A stretch of 32,000 nucleotides of DNA. Origin: Nitrososphaerota archaeon. GTDB taxonomy: Archaea; Thermoproteota; Nitrososphaeria; Nitrososphaerales; UBA57. The notes under the pieces are model-generated. The model saw nothing but the letters and a program-made list of their open reading frames with translations, did not search any database and was not told the origin of the DNA. Numbering within the stretch: the first letter of the stretch is position 1; the number at the start of each line of letters is the position of its first letter. Below are positions 1 through 8,240 of this stretch, in pieces. Both the position numbers and the translations under genes were made by a program. The stretch is from contig VHBL01000005.1 of the NCBI GenBank assembly GCA_016871995.1, positions 22,134-54,133 on the forward strand, given 5' to 3'.

Positions 1-72
1 TTCGATTGTTGATTTCTTTGGTACGAGCAGTACATCATCAAAGGTCAATCCGACTCTAATGCCGTTGTCCAT
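1..72 (-). CDS. guaB: IMP dehydrogenase, first 24 codons only (gene runs off the left edge)
   Basis: The reverse complement of 72..1 reads MDNGIRVGLTFDDVLLVPKKSTIE. GLTFDDVLLVP is the characteristic IMPDH N-terminus. The ORF is open-ended, so it is absent from the ORF track. Confidence 0.6.
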   Translation of the reverse strand, partial: MDNGIRVGLTFDDVLLVPKKSTIE

Positions 73-141
73 TCCCAGCTGCTTCGGATTTAAGTTCTTG
101 AAAAACCTTTGCTAAATGGTTTCCGTTGATGCTAATATAGG

Positions 142-579
142 ATGAATTATAGTTGTTATTATATGGCCAAACCTTTAGGAAAGCTCAGGTTCCTCTATAC
201 TGGTTCTGAGAAGTTTGACGCTGACCTGAAATACTACCGTGATTCAATTGGTGCAGAACTCGTATGGAACTTCAAGGCTTTTGGGACGCGCGTTGCAGCC
301 TTCCGTGTCGGCGAAGGGCCTCTGGTTCTGATAGCAGATCATAGGCCAGCACCAAGCTATATGCCTATCTATGAAGCGGGTAACCTGAAGAACGCTGTCA
401 ACGAACTTAAGAAGCGTGGATGCAATCCAGATTCTGGCCCGTTCGAAATTCCAAATGGCCCGTGCTACGTCTTCAAAGATCCAAGCGGCAACGAATTCGC
501 AATATTTGAAGATGTTCGCCCAAATGCCATGGACGCATCGTATGCCGATCCTGATAACCCGCGTGTTGTTAGAGATTGA
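142..579 (+). CDS. VOC/glyoxalase-fold family protein (start may be the ATG at 163)
   Basis: 145-aa ORF. The C-terminal pattern FEIPNGPCYVFKDPSGNEFAIFE resembles the last beta-alpha-beta-beta-beta module of glyoxalase/bleomycin-resistance proteins. Confidence 0.5.
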   Translation: MNYSCYYMAKPLGKLRFLYTGSEKFDADLKYYRDSIGAELVWNFKAFGTRVAAFRVGEGPLVLIADHRPAPSYMPIYEAGNLKNAVNELKKRGCNPDSGPFEIPNGPCYVFKDPSGNEFAIFEDVRPNAMDASYADPDNPRVVRD

Positions 580-618
580 GTACAGTATAATACATACTGC
601 CTCTTAGCATCGAAGAGC

Positions 619-1470
619 ATGCAAATCGGAGAGGAGCTACTGGAAGAACTCCCTGTTAGGAGAGTTGATTCTCGGAAGGGGCAGAACGGCGTCGTCGCTG
701 TAATTGGAGGTAGCAGGATCTATCATGGAGCTCCAGCATTATCTGGGATGGCAGCATATAGAACAGGAGTAGATCTGGTTTATCTGTTCGTCCCTGAGCC
801 TCTGGTAGCGCCGATAAGGGCGATCTCCCCTTCGTTTATCGTGTATCCTACTCCAGACTACAAGCTCACTGTTGGATGTGCTAACAAGATACTTGCATGG
901 ATGCCACAAGTAGATGCCTGCGTGATAGGCCCGGGAGCAGGGAGGCAGAAGCCTGACGGCATGAAGAAACTTGTCGCAGAACTTTCGTCTAACAAGGTCA
1001 AGATGGTTGTTGATGCTGATGCTCTGCAGCCTGAAGTTGTAGCTGGGCTATCTGGAAGGGAAGCCGTCCTTACTCCTCACCCCGGAGAATTCAAACGCAT
1101 TACTAATGTTGAACTCGAAGATGATCTTGAAAAAAGGAAGGAATCTGTTAGAAAAGCGGCAGAATCTCTTGGGCTTGCAATACTTGTAAAAGGACACTTG
1201 GACATAATATCTGATGGGAAGAACGTGGTTGTGGATGAGACCGGTTCGCCTGCAATGACCGTAGGAGGAGTTGGGGATGTTTTATCTGGGATAGTAGCTG
1301 CTTTAATGACAAAAGGGATGGAGCCCTTCAAGGCTGCGGTTGCCGGTGCCTACATAAATGGTAGATGCGGGCAGATGGCTGCGGAAAAGTATGGTTTCAG
1401 GATATTGCCCACAGATTTAGTTGCTGAGATACCTAACTTGCTGAAGAAATACGATAGAGTTCTCAAATAG
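619..1470 (+). CDS. nnrD: ADP-dependent NAD(P)H-hydrate dehydratase (YjeF C-terminal/carbohydrate kinase family)
   Basis: 283 aa. It has KGQNGVVAVIGGS, VVDADAL, LTPHPGEF and the TVGGVGDVLSGIVAAL motif typical of YjeF_C/Nnr dehydratases. Confidence 0.8.
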   Translation: MQIGEELLEELPVRRVDSRKGQNGVVAVIGGSRIYHGAPALSGMAAYRTGVDLVYLFVPEPLVAPIRAISPSFIVYPTPDYKLTVGCANKILAWMPQVDACVIGPGAGRQKPDGMKKLVAELSSNKVKMVVDADALQPEVVAGLSGREAVLTPHPGEFKRITNVELEDDLEKRKESVRKAAESLGLAILVKGHLDIISDGKNVVVDETGSPAMTVGGVGDVLSGIVAALMTKGMEPFKAAVAGAYINGRCGQMAAEKYGFRILPTDLVAEIPNLLKKYDRVLK

Positions 1471-1471
1471 C

Positions 1472-2476
1472 TTAGTTCCGAAATATAGGGCTATTTGGCA
1501 GATTCTTTGCGGTCTTTGACAGCTTGTCAAATTCTGCATCGGTGAACACCTTGAATTGACTGTAAACGCTTCTGTACTTCCTTCCATCATCGCCGAATAT
1601 TGCAACTATCCTTGCACCTCTATTTTCTTTGGCAACTTTCAATGCGGCTGCAAGTACTGCACCCGAAGACGGCCCTACGAACATATTCTCCTTCTCTACA
1701 ATTGCCCGAACCGTTGCAAAGGCTTCATCGTCCTTGATCTCAAGCCATTGATCTATGACTTCCTTCCTTCTTTCAAGAAGTGTCGGCAGATTCGACTCTC
1801 CAGTATTCCTCAAGCCCTGTATATGATGCCCTTTCTGAGGCTCGACAGCGATTATCCTGATATTTGGATTCTTCTCCTTGAGGAACTTTCCAACTCCCGT
1901 TATCGTCCCTCCCGTGCCTATCCCAGCAACAAAATGTGTAACTTTGCCCTCAGTATCCCTCCAGATTTCGGAACCAGTGCCGTAATAATGTGCCATGAAG
2001 TTGGCATCATTCTCATACTGGTTAGGCATGAAATAGTCGCCTGGATGCCCCCTAACGATCGCGGTAGCCAGGGCAATAGACTGGTCTGTGCCTGGGCCGA
2101 CTCTTGGACACAAATCGTCCTCAGTTTCAAGAACCTTCACGTCAAACCTTTTCAGAATGGCTTTTGTTTCGTCGCTGACCTTGTTCGGTATCACGACCTC
2201 GAACCTGTATCCTAACGCTTTTGCAATTCCTGCTAAGGCAATTCCCGTATTTCCCGAAGTTGGCTCCATGATTACAGACTTGCCTCTCTTCAAAAGACCG
2301 TGCTTCTCCGCCTCAGAAACCATCCACGACGCTGGCCTATCTTTTATCGAGCCAAAGTTGTTGTACCATTCTAATTTTGCAAATATCTTTGCATCGTTAA
2401 CGCTGAAAGCCTTAAGCTCGATCTGAGGAGTGTTTCCTATATTCTCGGTGCTGTACTTTGTTACTGCAGTCTTCAT
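1472..2476 (-). CDS. PLP-dependent cysteine synthase family protein (CysK/CysM/O-phosphoserine sulfhydrylase-like)
   Basis: 334 aa. It has the GSIKDRPA lysine motif, TSGNTGIALA, and the GIGTGGTITG phosphate-binding loop. Confidence 0.75.
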   Translation of the reverse strand: MKTAVTKYSTENIGNTPQIELKAFSVNDAKIFAKLEWYNNFGSIKDRPASWMVSEAEKHGLLKRGKSVIMEPTSGNTGIALAGIAKALGYRFEVVIPNKVSDETKAILKRFDVKVLETEDDLCPRVGPGTDQSIALATAIVRGHPGDYFMPNQYENDANFMAHYYGTGSEIWRDTEGKVTHFVAGIGTGGTITGVGKFLKEKNPNIRIIAVEPQKGHHIQGLRNTGESNLPTLLERRKEVIDQWLEIKDDEAFATVRAIVEKENMFVGPSSGAVLAAALKVAKENRGARIVAIFGDDGRKYRSVYSQFKVFTDAEFDKLSKTAKNLPNSPIFRN

Positions 2477-2482
2477 TGTTGT

Positions 2483-2737
2483 TTAACTCGCCTTTTTCTG
2501 TATCAGGAATATCAGGTCTTTGCCATCCTTTCTAATGGACAAAAGGGCATTGCCCGTCCTCTTGGCCCACCTTGATATGTCTTCCTCCGCTCCAGGATCA
2601 TCGGCCCATATTTCAACGACATCTCCATTACTCACCTTGTCTATCTGGCTCCTAGTCCTGAATACAGGTTCGGGGCAGAACAACCCCCTCGTGTCTAATG
2701 TAACCTTTGGAGCGCTCGTGTTTTCGGGCTTTGCCAT
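2483..2737 (-). CDS. tusA: TusA/SirA-family sulfur carrier protein
   Basis: 84 aa. LDTRGLFCPEPV contains the conserved CPxP active-site cysteine motif. It lies 6 nt upstream of the cysteine-synthase-like gene on the same strand. Confidence 0.75.
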   Translation of the reverse strand: MAKPENTSAPKVTLDTRGLFCPEPVFRTRSQIDKVSNGDVVEIWADDPGAEEDISRWAKRTGNALLSIRKDGKDLIFLIQKKAS

Positions 2738-2861
2738 TCTAAGACGTTCCCGTTTTCAGTTTCTTTTAAGTGTTAGCTCCTTTTTGCATCCACATAGACT
2801 TATACCGTAAGTGCTAAAGGCAAAGTGATGGAGCTGCTAGTAGGCTTCGAGAGGCAATAGC

Positions 2862-4151
2862 ATGAAGAGAACGTATTATTCCTCCGATCTCATTCAAGAG
2901 CTTAGAGGGAAGATTGTTACTGTTGCAGGCTGGGTTGAGGACGTTCGCCTTTTAGGCTCCCTGGCCTTCATTACGCTGAGGGACTCGAAAGGGGTTTGTC
3001 AGCTCGTTGCCAAGAAGCAGGATCTGAACAATGAACTCTTTGATGTCGTATGTAAAAGCCCGAGGCAGAGCAGCATAATAGCACAAGGGATAGTGAAGGA
3101 TAGCAAGGCGAAGAATGTCCCTGTTGAAATTCAGATTCAGCAGTTTCAAATACTGACGAACGCAGTTCCCCCTCTCCCCCTAGATCCAACTGGTAGGGTA
3201 GATGCGAACATGGACAAGAGGCTTGACGTAAGAGCCCTTGACCTTAGGAACCCAGAGAACCTTGCAATCTTCAGAATAAGACATTTTGCTTTGCAGAGCA
3301 TAAGGAAATCTCTCATTGAGCAGGGCTTCTTGGAGGTGAATACTGCCAAGATAATCGGGCAGGCAGCAGAGGGAGGAGCAAACTTGTTTTCGCTTGATTA
3401 TTTTGGCAAAAAGGGTTACCTAGCTCAAAGCCCCCAACTGTACAAAGAGCAGCTTACGATGGCCTTGGACAGGGTCTTTGAAATCGCATCTTTCTTCAGG
3501 GCTGAAAAGTCTCATACCAGAAGGCACCTCAACGAATTCACGAGTGTAGATATCGAGGCAGCATTTGCGGACGAGGATGACGTAATGAGGGTTCTTGAAG
3601 ATATGGTCAAAGCATCAATAGATAGCATCAGAAAGGAATGCGGTAAGGAACTATCCATACTTAATCATGATTTGGAACCTTTGGACAAGATTGAGAGAAT
3701 AACTTATTCCCAAGCTGTAGATGAACTGAAAAGTTCAGGAATTGATATGAAACATGGAGACGATCTCACAGATCAGTCCTTAGGAGTCCTTGCAAACAAG
3801 CATCCTTCGTTCTTCTTCCTTGTTGAATGGCCTGCATCGCTGAAGCCATTCTACATTGCCAGAAAGGATGGTACCCAAATTAGCAGGTCTTTTGACCTGC
3901 AGTTTGGAGCATTAGAGCTTTCTTCCGGAGGCATGAGAGTCTCCAGCAGGAAGGAGCTGGAGCGGAGACTGAAAGAAGCTGGTCTGTCGATAGAGAGTTT
4001 CGCTTCGCATCTGGAGGTCTTTGACTGGGGGATGCCCCCTCACTCAGGTTGGGGCTTGGGCCTTGATCGGTTCATGATGGTGCTGACTGGGAAGGCTAAC
4101 ATCAGGGATGTTGTTCTCTACCCGAGAGACCAGTTCAGGTTCACTCCCTAG
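2862..4151 (+). CDS. aspS: Aspartyl-tRNA synthetase, archaeal type (class IIb)
   Basis: 429 aa. It has an N-terminal OB anticodon-binding domain (GWVEDVRLLGSLAFITLRD), class II motif 2 FRAEKSHTRRHLNEF and motif 3 GWGLGLDRFMM. Confidence 0.92.
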   Translation: MKRTYYSSDLIQELRGKIVTVAGWVEDVRLLGSLAFITLRDSKGVCQLVAKKQDLNNELFDVVCKSPRQSSIIAQGIVKDSKAKNVPVEIQIQQFQILTNAVPPLPLDPTGRVDANMDKRLDVRALDLRNPENLAIFRIRHFALQSIRKSLIEQGFLEVNTAKIIGQAAEGGANLFSLDYFGKKGYLAQSPQLYKEQLTMALDRVFEIASFFRAEKSHTRRHLNEFTSVDIEAAFADEDDVMRVLEDMVKASIDSIRKECGKELSILNHDLEPLDKIERITYSQAVDELKSSGIDMKHGDDLTDQSLGVLANKHPSFFFLVEWPASLKPFYIARKDGTQISRSFDLQFGALELSSGGMRVSSRKELERRLKEAGLSIESFASHLEVFDWGMPPHSGWGLGLDRFMMVLTGKANIRDVVLYPRDQFRFTP

Positions 4152-4415
4152 AGTTCTTGTGCCATAGTCTTTCGACAGCACATACATGAAGTTCGGATCA
4201 CGAATCGACAACTTTACTGTATTATTTCGCTTTATTTTCACTATAGCAAATATTGAAGCGATAATAGCGGCGATGGCTATGATAGCAGGAAACAGAGGCT
4301 CTGCACTAGTTTCTTGAGCATATGCTAGTGGAGTAAACGTGCTCAAGGCTAGCAGGAAGATCAAAAACCCGTATGCTCGATTTAGATTCAAACCTTGCGC
4401 CTTTTTGCAGGCCAT
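4044..4415 (-). CDS. Hypothetical small membrane protein (signal peptide-like segment plus a second TM)
   Basis: 123-aa ORF with two hydrophobic segments (FLIFLLALSTFTPLAYA; AIIAIAAIIASIFAIV followed by KIKR). Its last ~36 codons overlap the aspS 3' end antisense, so the true extent is doubtful. Confidence 0.3.
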   Translation of the reverse strand: MACKKAQGLNLNRAYGFLIFLLALSTFTPLAYAQETSAEPLFPAIIAIAAIIASIFAIVKIKRNNTVKLSIRDPNFMYVLSKDYGTRTLGSEPELVSRVENNIPDVSLPSQHHHEPIKAQAPT

Positions 4416-4468
4416 GTATTATAGGTTATAGTCTTTGTGAAATCTGGATATAGGTCTCAAATCTGAAT

Positions 4469-5674
4469 CTAAAGTGCCTTGTAGTTGTCAGACCAGTTTG
4501 CATAGGCTCTGAGCATCTCCACAGAAACGCTGGGCTTTCTAGTCTCAAGAACTTGCTTGAAGTCCTCAAGAGTAATCGGTCTAGGCTGGCTATCCTTGTC
4601 TGCACCCCGGCCACTCTGGAATAATTCACGAACAACTTTCAGCTGCAGGGCTTGGCAGATATCCCTAGTGTCGCTACCAGAATAACCGTCGGTAAGTTCG
4701 GCGAGCTCGTCTATGCTGATTTCAGGATCCATCTTCAATGGTGCAGTGTATAGCCTCAACATTTGAGCGCGAGCTTCATTGTTAGGGAGAGGGACATGGA
4801 TTCTCTTCTGGAACCTTCGCAAAAAGGGCCAGTCAAGTGTCCAAGGCTTGTTCGTAGCACCAATGACATAAAGATGCAAGTTCTTGCCCTTGTCGGTTAT
4901 GCCATCCATCTCTTTGAGGAACTGATTCCTTACTCTTACTTCTCCTCCAATCTCTTGGCTCCTCGTCCCTAGCAGTGAATCAATCTCGTCGATGAAAATC
5001 ACGACAGGTCCATTTTCAATCATCTTGCGCATCGACTGAAAGAGCTTGGCAACGTTCTTTTCGGCTTCCCCAAGCCATTTTGACATTATAGATGCGGCAT
5101 CAACATTGACAAAGTAGCCATCAATTTCTGCCGCTGTTGCAGCTGCTAGCATCGTCTTTCCACAGCCAGGGGGACCATAAAGGAGAACTCCTCTAGGCCA
5201 GCCAAGAGGGAATAGGTCAGGCCTTTGAACGGGGAAGGTTATCGCTTCCCTGATAGCGTTCTTGGCCTCATCAAGGCCAACAACCTCGTCCCACTTGACA
5301 TTGGGCTTCTCCTGCATGACAAGCTCGTTATATGAGGCTTTGAGGGACTCGACCACTCCGGGTGATGATGCGTTGGTTGAAGTACTGGATTCGTCCGAGA
5401 CTTCCTCTCCCCGTTCGGGATTGTCGTCTGGCGGCAACAAACCATGGGCGCTTTGCAGGGCCTTTATTCTCTCCTGATAAGCCATGGCCCTGTCCATGTA
5501 CAACTTGTTTAGCTTATAATCAGGATAAAGATGCGCTAGCTTGAGCAGGGTTTGTATTGCTACCTGGTACATCTGTATGGCTTTGCCTCTCGCGCCATGC
5601 GAATCGTGCCTGATCGCTTCTGCAGCGTACCTGGTCGCGGTTTCTTCGAGTTCTTTGGCAGCCAACACGCTCAT
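4469..5674 (-). CDS. cdvC: CdvC / Vps4-like AAA+ ATPase with N-terminal MIT domain
   Basis: 401 aa. It has a MIT-like helical N-terminus, Walker A GPPGCGKT, Walker B VIFIDEIDS, and an AAA second region of homology. Its ATG overlaps the cdvB stop (ATGA at 5671-5674). Confidence 0.9.
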   Translation of the reverse strand: MSVLAAKELEETATRYAAEAIRHDSHGARGKAIQMYQVAIQTLLKLAHLYPDYKLNKLYMDRAMAYQERIKALQSAHGLLPPDDNPERGEEVSDESSTSTNASSPGVVESLKASYNELVMQEKPNVKWDEVVGLDEAKNAIREAITFPVQRPDLFPLGWPRGVLLYGPPGCGKTMLAAATAAEIDGYFVNVDAASIMSKWLGEAEKNVAKLFQSMRKMIENGPVVIFIDEIDSLLGTRSQEIGGEVRVRNQFLKEMDGITDKGKNLHLYVIGATNKPWTLDWPFLRRFQKRIHVPLPNNEARAQMLRLYTAPLKMDPEISIDELAELTDGYSGSDTRDICQALQLKVVRELFQSGRGADKDSQPRPITLEDFKQVLETRKPSVSVEMLRAYANWSDNYKAL

Positions 5675-6495
5675 ACTCCATCCCTCAAGTTAATTTTACC
5701 TTTGCTGGCAAGAGAAACTGCTGCCAGATCGACATCCTTTATCGGAAGCTGCAAGTCTGCGGCTGCCTCCATAACCGTGAACTTGCCGCCGTTGTTCCTG
5801 TAATAATGTTCAACTTTCGCCTCGACCGCATCACTTCTGGGCCTTGATAGCAGGACGGGTTTGAATTCTTCCTCTGCATCATCGGTAGCAGCAAGTGTTA
5901 CCTTCTTCACAGAATCTATCATCTTGTGCTCCTTTGCCTTCGGAACACCCACCTTCAATTCAGAAACCTTCTCCTCCGCAAACCTTTGAGCAGATTCTAT
6001 TATGTCAGATGTAGAATCGTTCTCAAGATTAATTGCAATGTTTGGGGATACCTGTCCCAGATCCGTCATCGTTTCTGTAAAGATTGCGTTGATTTCGTCT
6101 GTGACTAGGTTGAATGAAGGTATTATGCCTGACACTGATTTATTGGCCTTGCCTACTTCCTGCATTGCCGAGCTCATCTGGAATACTGCATCTCCAACAT
6201 CACGCATGCTCTCCATTCTGGTTACAATTTGAGTGAGCGCTAATTGATTCGTAGTCACTACATGCATAACCTTCTTCAGTTCTGCAAGTTCATTTACAAA
6301 GACAATGACCTTTGCCTCTTCCTTGCTTTGCTTGGCCTTGAGCATAGTTTCATACAAGCCCTTTCTCCTTGTTTCTAACCTTACCTTCAGATTATCTAAT
6401 TCCCGCCTATGCACTTCTACTCCCCTGATTGCACGGTTTATCTTCTCCCGCAGTGCCTCTTTTTTCGAGCGCCTAAAGTAGGAGAGTATCTTCAT
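5671..6495 (-). CDS. cdvB: CdvB, ESCRT-III (Snf7) homologue with C-terminal winged-helix-like extension
   Basis: 274 aa. It has a long coiled-coil Snf7-like core, an acidic linker, and a C-terminal segment GGKFTVMEAAADLQLPIKDVDLAAVSLASKGKINL. It is translationally coupled to cdvC. Confidence 0.8.
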   Translation of the reverse strand: MKILSYFRRSKKEALREKINRAIRGVEVHRRELDNLKVRLETRRKGLYETMLKAKQSKEEAKVIVFVNELAELKKVMHVVTTNQLALTQIVTRMESMRDVGDAVFQMSSAMQEVGKANKSVSGIIPSFNLVTDEINAIFTETMTDLGQVSPNIAINLENDSTSDIIESAQRFAEEKVSELKVGVPKAKEHKMIDSVKKVTLAATDDAEEEFKPVLLSRPRSDAVEAKVEHYYRNNGGKFTVMEAAADLQLPIKDVDLAAVSLASKGKINLRDGV

Positions 6496-6629
6496 GTGCT
6501 ATCATTCTATGTTAACTATTGCAAACGAGAATTTACATCGAAAAAATGTGGGCGTATCGACCAAAACCCCTGCACCCCAAGGCGGCAGTTTGGAATTTGC
6601 AGAGGCTTGATCGACACGGTAATGCCTTC

Positions 6630-7274
6630 TTACGAGGGAAGGCCTAGCGAATCACTCGATTGGATGGAGGGTGGTAGATCAGGGAACTTGTCCTTCATGC
6701 GCTGCTCTGCGACGGCTGATGCTTCTCCGAGGATCTTCTCTGCTTCCTCTCCTGCTGCTTCGAAGTTCAGCGTGTAGCCTCCCATCTGGCCTGCGTCGAC
6801 GAGTATGCCGCTTAGTAGCCCGCTTATTTCGCCGATTTCGTGCTCTGCTTCTGGAAGTACTGACATCAGGCCCGACTTTACGTTTTTTATGACTGCCATC
6901 GCTGGAGTCAATGTGACTACTACGTCACCGAGTTCCTGCACAGTGTTTAGCCTTAACACAATTTGTTCAAGCGCCAACTTTGCGGATGAAACCATTTTGT
7001 GCATCTTTCTTACTTCTGCAAGCTCGTTCGCATAGACCGTTGCATGATCCATGTCATGCTTCTGTATCGAAGATACTACTCGGCTGAAGATAGAAGTATC
7101 TCTCTCCCGAAGCTTTGTAGCTGTGTGGTCAAGTCTGCTGACTTGCACTTGTATTTGTCGTATAGCCTGCTCAAGCCTTGGTTTGAGAGGGCCTGCTGGT
7201 CTGACTGATCCCTTTATCCGTTCTCCTAGACCCGTTGTCTGAGGTTTTGCCCACCTAGAAGTGAACTGCGACAC
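6630..7274 (-). CDS. cdvB: Second ESCRT-III/CdvB paralogue (no wH extension), GTG start
   Basis: 214 aa. It has the same coiled-coil architecture as the neighbouring CdvB (..ANELAEVRKMHKMV..LALEQIVLRL.. versus ..VNELAELKKVMHVV..LALTQIVTRM..). Confidence 0.75.
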   Translation of the reverse strand: MSQFTSRWAKPQTTGLGERIKGSVRPAGPLKPRLEQAIRQIQVQVSRLDHTATKLRERDTSIFSRVVSSIQKHDMDHATVYANELAEVRKMHKMVSSAKLALEQIVLRLNTVQELGDVVVTLTPAMAVIKNVKSGLMSVLPEAEHEIGEISGLLSGILVDAGQMGGYTLNFEAAGEEAEKILGEASAVAEQRMKDKFPDLPPSIQSSDSLGLPS

Positions 7275-7374
7275 TATAACACCTTGGCGAATTGTCTACA
7301 GGTTTTTTTCTTAGAGGGGGTAGTAAAGAAAATTATACTCTATGGTAGTATTGACTAAAGTAAGTTTGACTTTT

Positions 7375-8160
7375 CTAACTTAACATGCTAGTCCTGAAAT
7401 CGAAATTAGCCGTCAATAGGCGTGAAAAAAAGGTTTCGAGTTTGCTGAACTCCATTTGATATCTGCTTAGGAGATTAGGGTTCATTTCCTTATGGACGAT
7501 TCCTATCGAAATATCTGCCAACTTGAAGGCTGGGTTGTCAAACTCTGAATCTCCCAGATACATTATCGGGCCATTCAAACCTAGCTCATTTTTCACTCTA
7601 GCTAAAGCTGTACCTTTGTCAACCTTTATTGGATAAACATCAGCAAACGGATTAGCATCAGACTCCACAACATAGAGGCCCAGTTCTCTGCATCTATACA
7701 GAAAGGGACTGATAATCCTTTGAGCGTTCATCCAATTGCGCGACATTCTCCAATCCACGCAAAATGCAAACAAATCCCCATCACTACTGATTTTTCTCTC
7801 TATGATCAAATTGTCTAGCATCTTAGCGATTCTGAGAGATTCGTTATACGCTTTATCTACTATCGCAGTTTTCTTTAGCGCCCGTTGGTCCAAGAATCGT
7901 GTGTTCCTTGTTTGCAGCTCTAACCCGCATATAGTAGCCGTTGCAGAGGCGAAGGGAACTTTTTCCTTGACGAACCTTAGATCCTTGGTTGTGATAACTG
8001 CCAGTGGAATTCTGCTGCTTACCTTCTTCAGAAGACTGAATAGGCTGGCTGGTATGGAGGTTTCTTCTCTGGACACCTCCAGCGGACTAAGCGTACCATC
8101 GTAGTCCGAAAATATGGCTTCTATCTTCACCTTAGAACACTCTGAAGTGTCATGCAGCAT
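7375..8160 (-). CDS. HAD-IIB family sugar-phosphate phosphatase (trehalose-6-phosphate phosphatase-like)
   Basis: 261 aa. It has HAD motif I FSDYDGTLSP, motif II ITTKD and motif IV LGDSEFDNPAF. The DYDGTL context is typical of the T6PP/SPP/MPGP subfamily. Confidence 0.65.
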   Translation of the reverse strand: MLHDTSECSKVKIEAIFSDYDGTLSPLEVSREETSIPASLFSLLKKVSSRIPLAVITTKDLRFVKEKVPFASATATICGLELQTRNTRFLDQRALKKTAIVDKAYNESLRIAKMLDNLIIERKISSDGDLFAFCVDWRMSRNWMNAQRIISPFLYRCRELGLYVVESDANPFADVYPIKVDKGTALARVKNELGLNGPIMYLGDSEFDNPAFKLADISIGIVHKEMNPNLLSRYQMEFSKLETFFSRLLTANFDFRTSMLS

Positions 8161-8240
8161 TTTTCTCCTTAGAGAGCCTGCAAGAAGAGAGCGATCCGAA
8201 ATAAATATTTTTTTACTAAGATAGCGGAATTGCTAATGAC

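Noticed and set aside
1556-2426. Plus-strand ORFs 1556..2215 (219 aa) and 2088..2426 (112 aa)
   Set aside because: They lie entirely antisense to the well-supported cysteine-synthase-family gene. Their composition is Cys/Pro/Ser-rich and low-complexity, which marks them as shadow ORFs.
6409-6777. 122-aa plus-strand ORF spanning the cdvB/cdvB intergenic gap
   Set aside because: Both of its ends are antisense to the two cdvB genes, and nothing supports coding.
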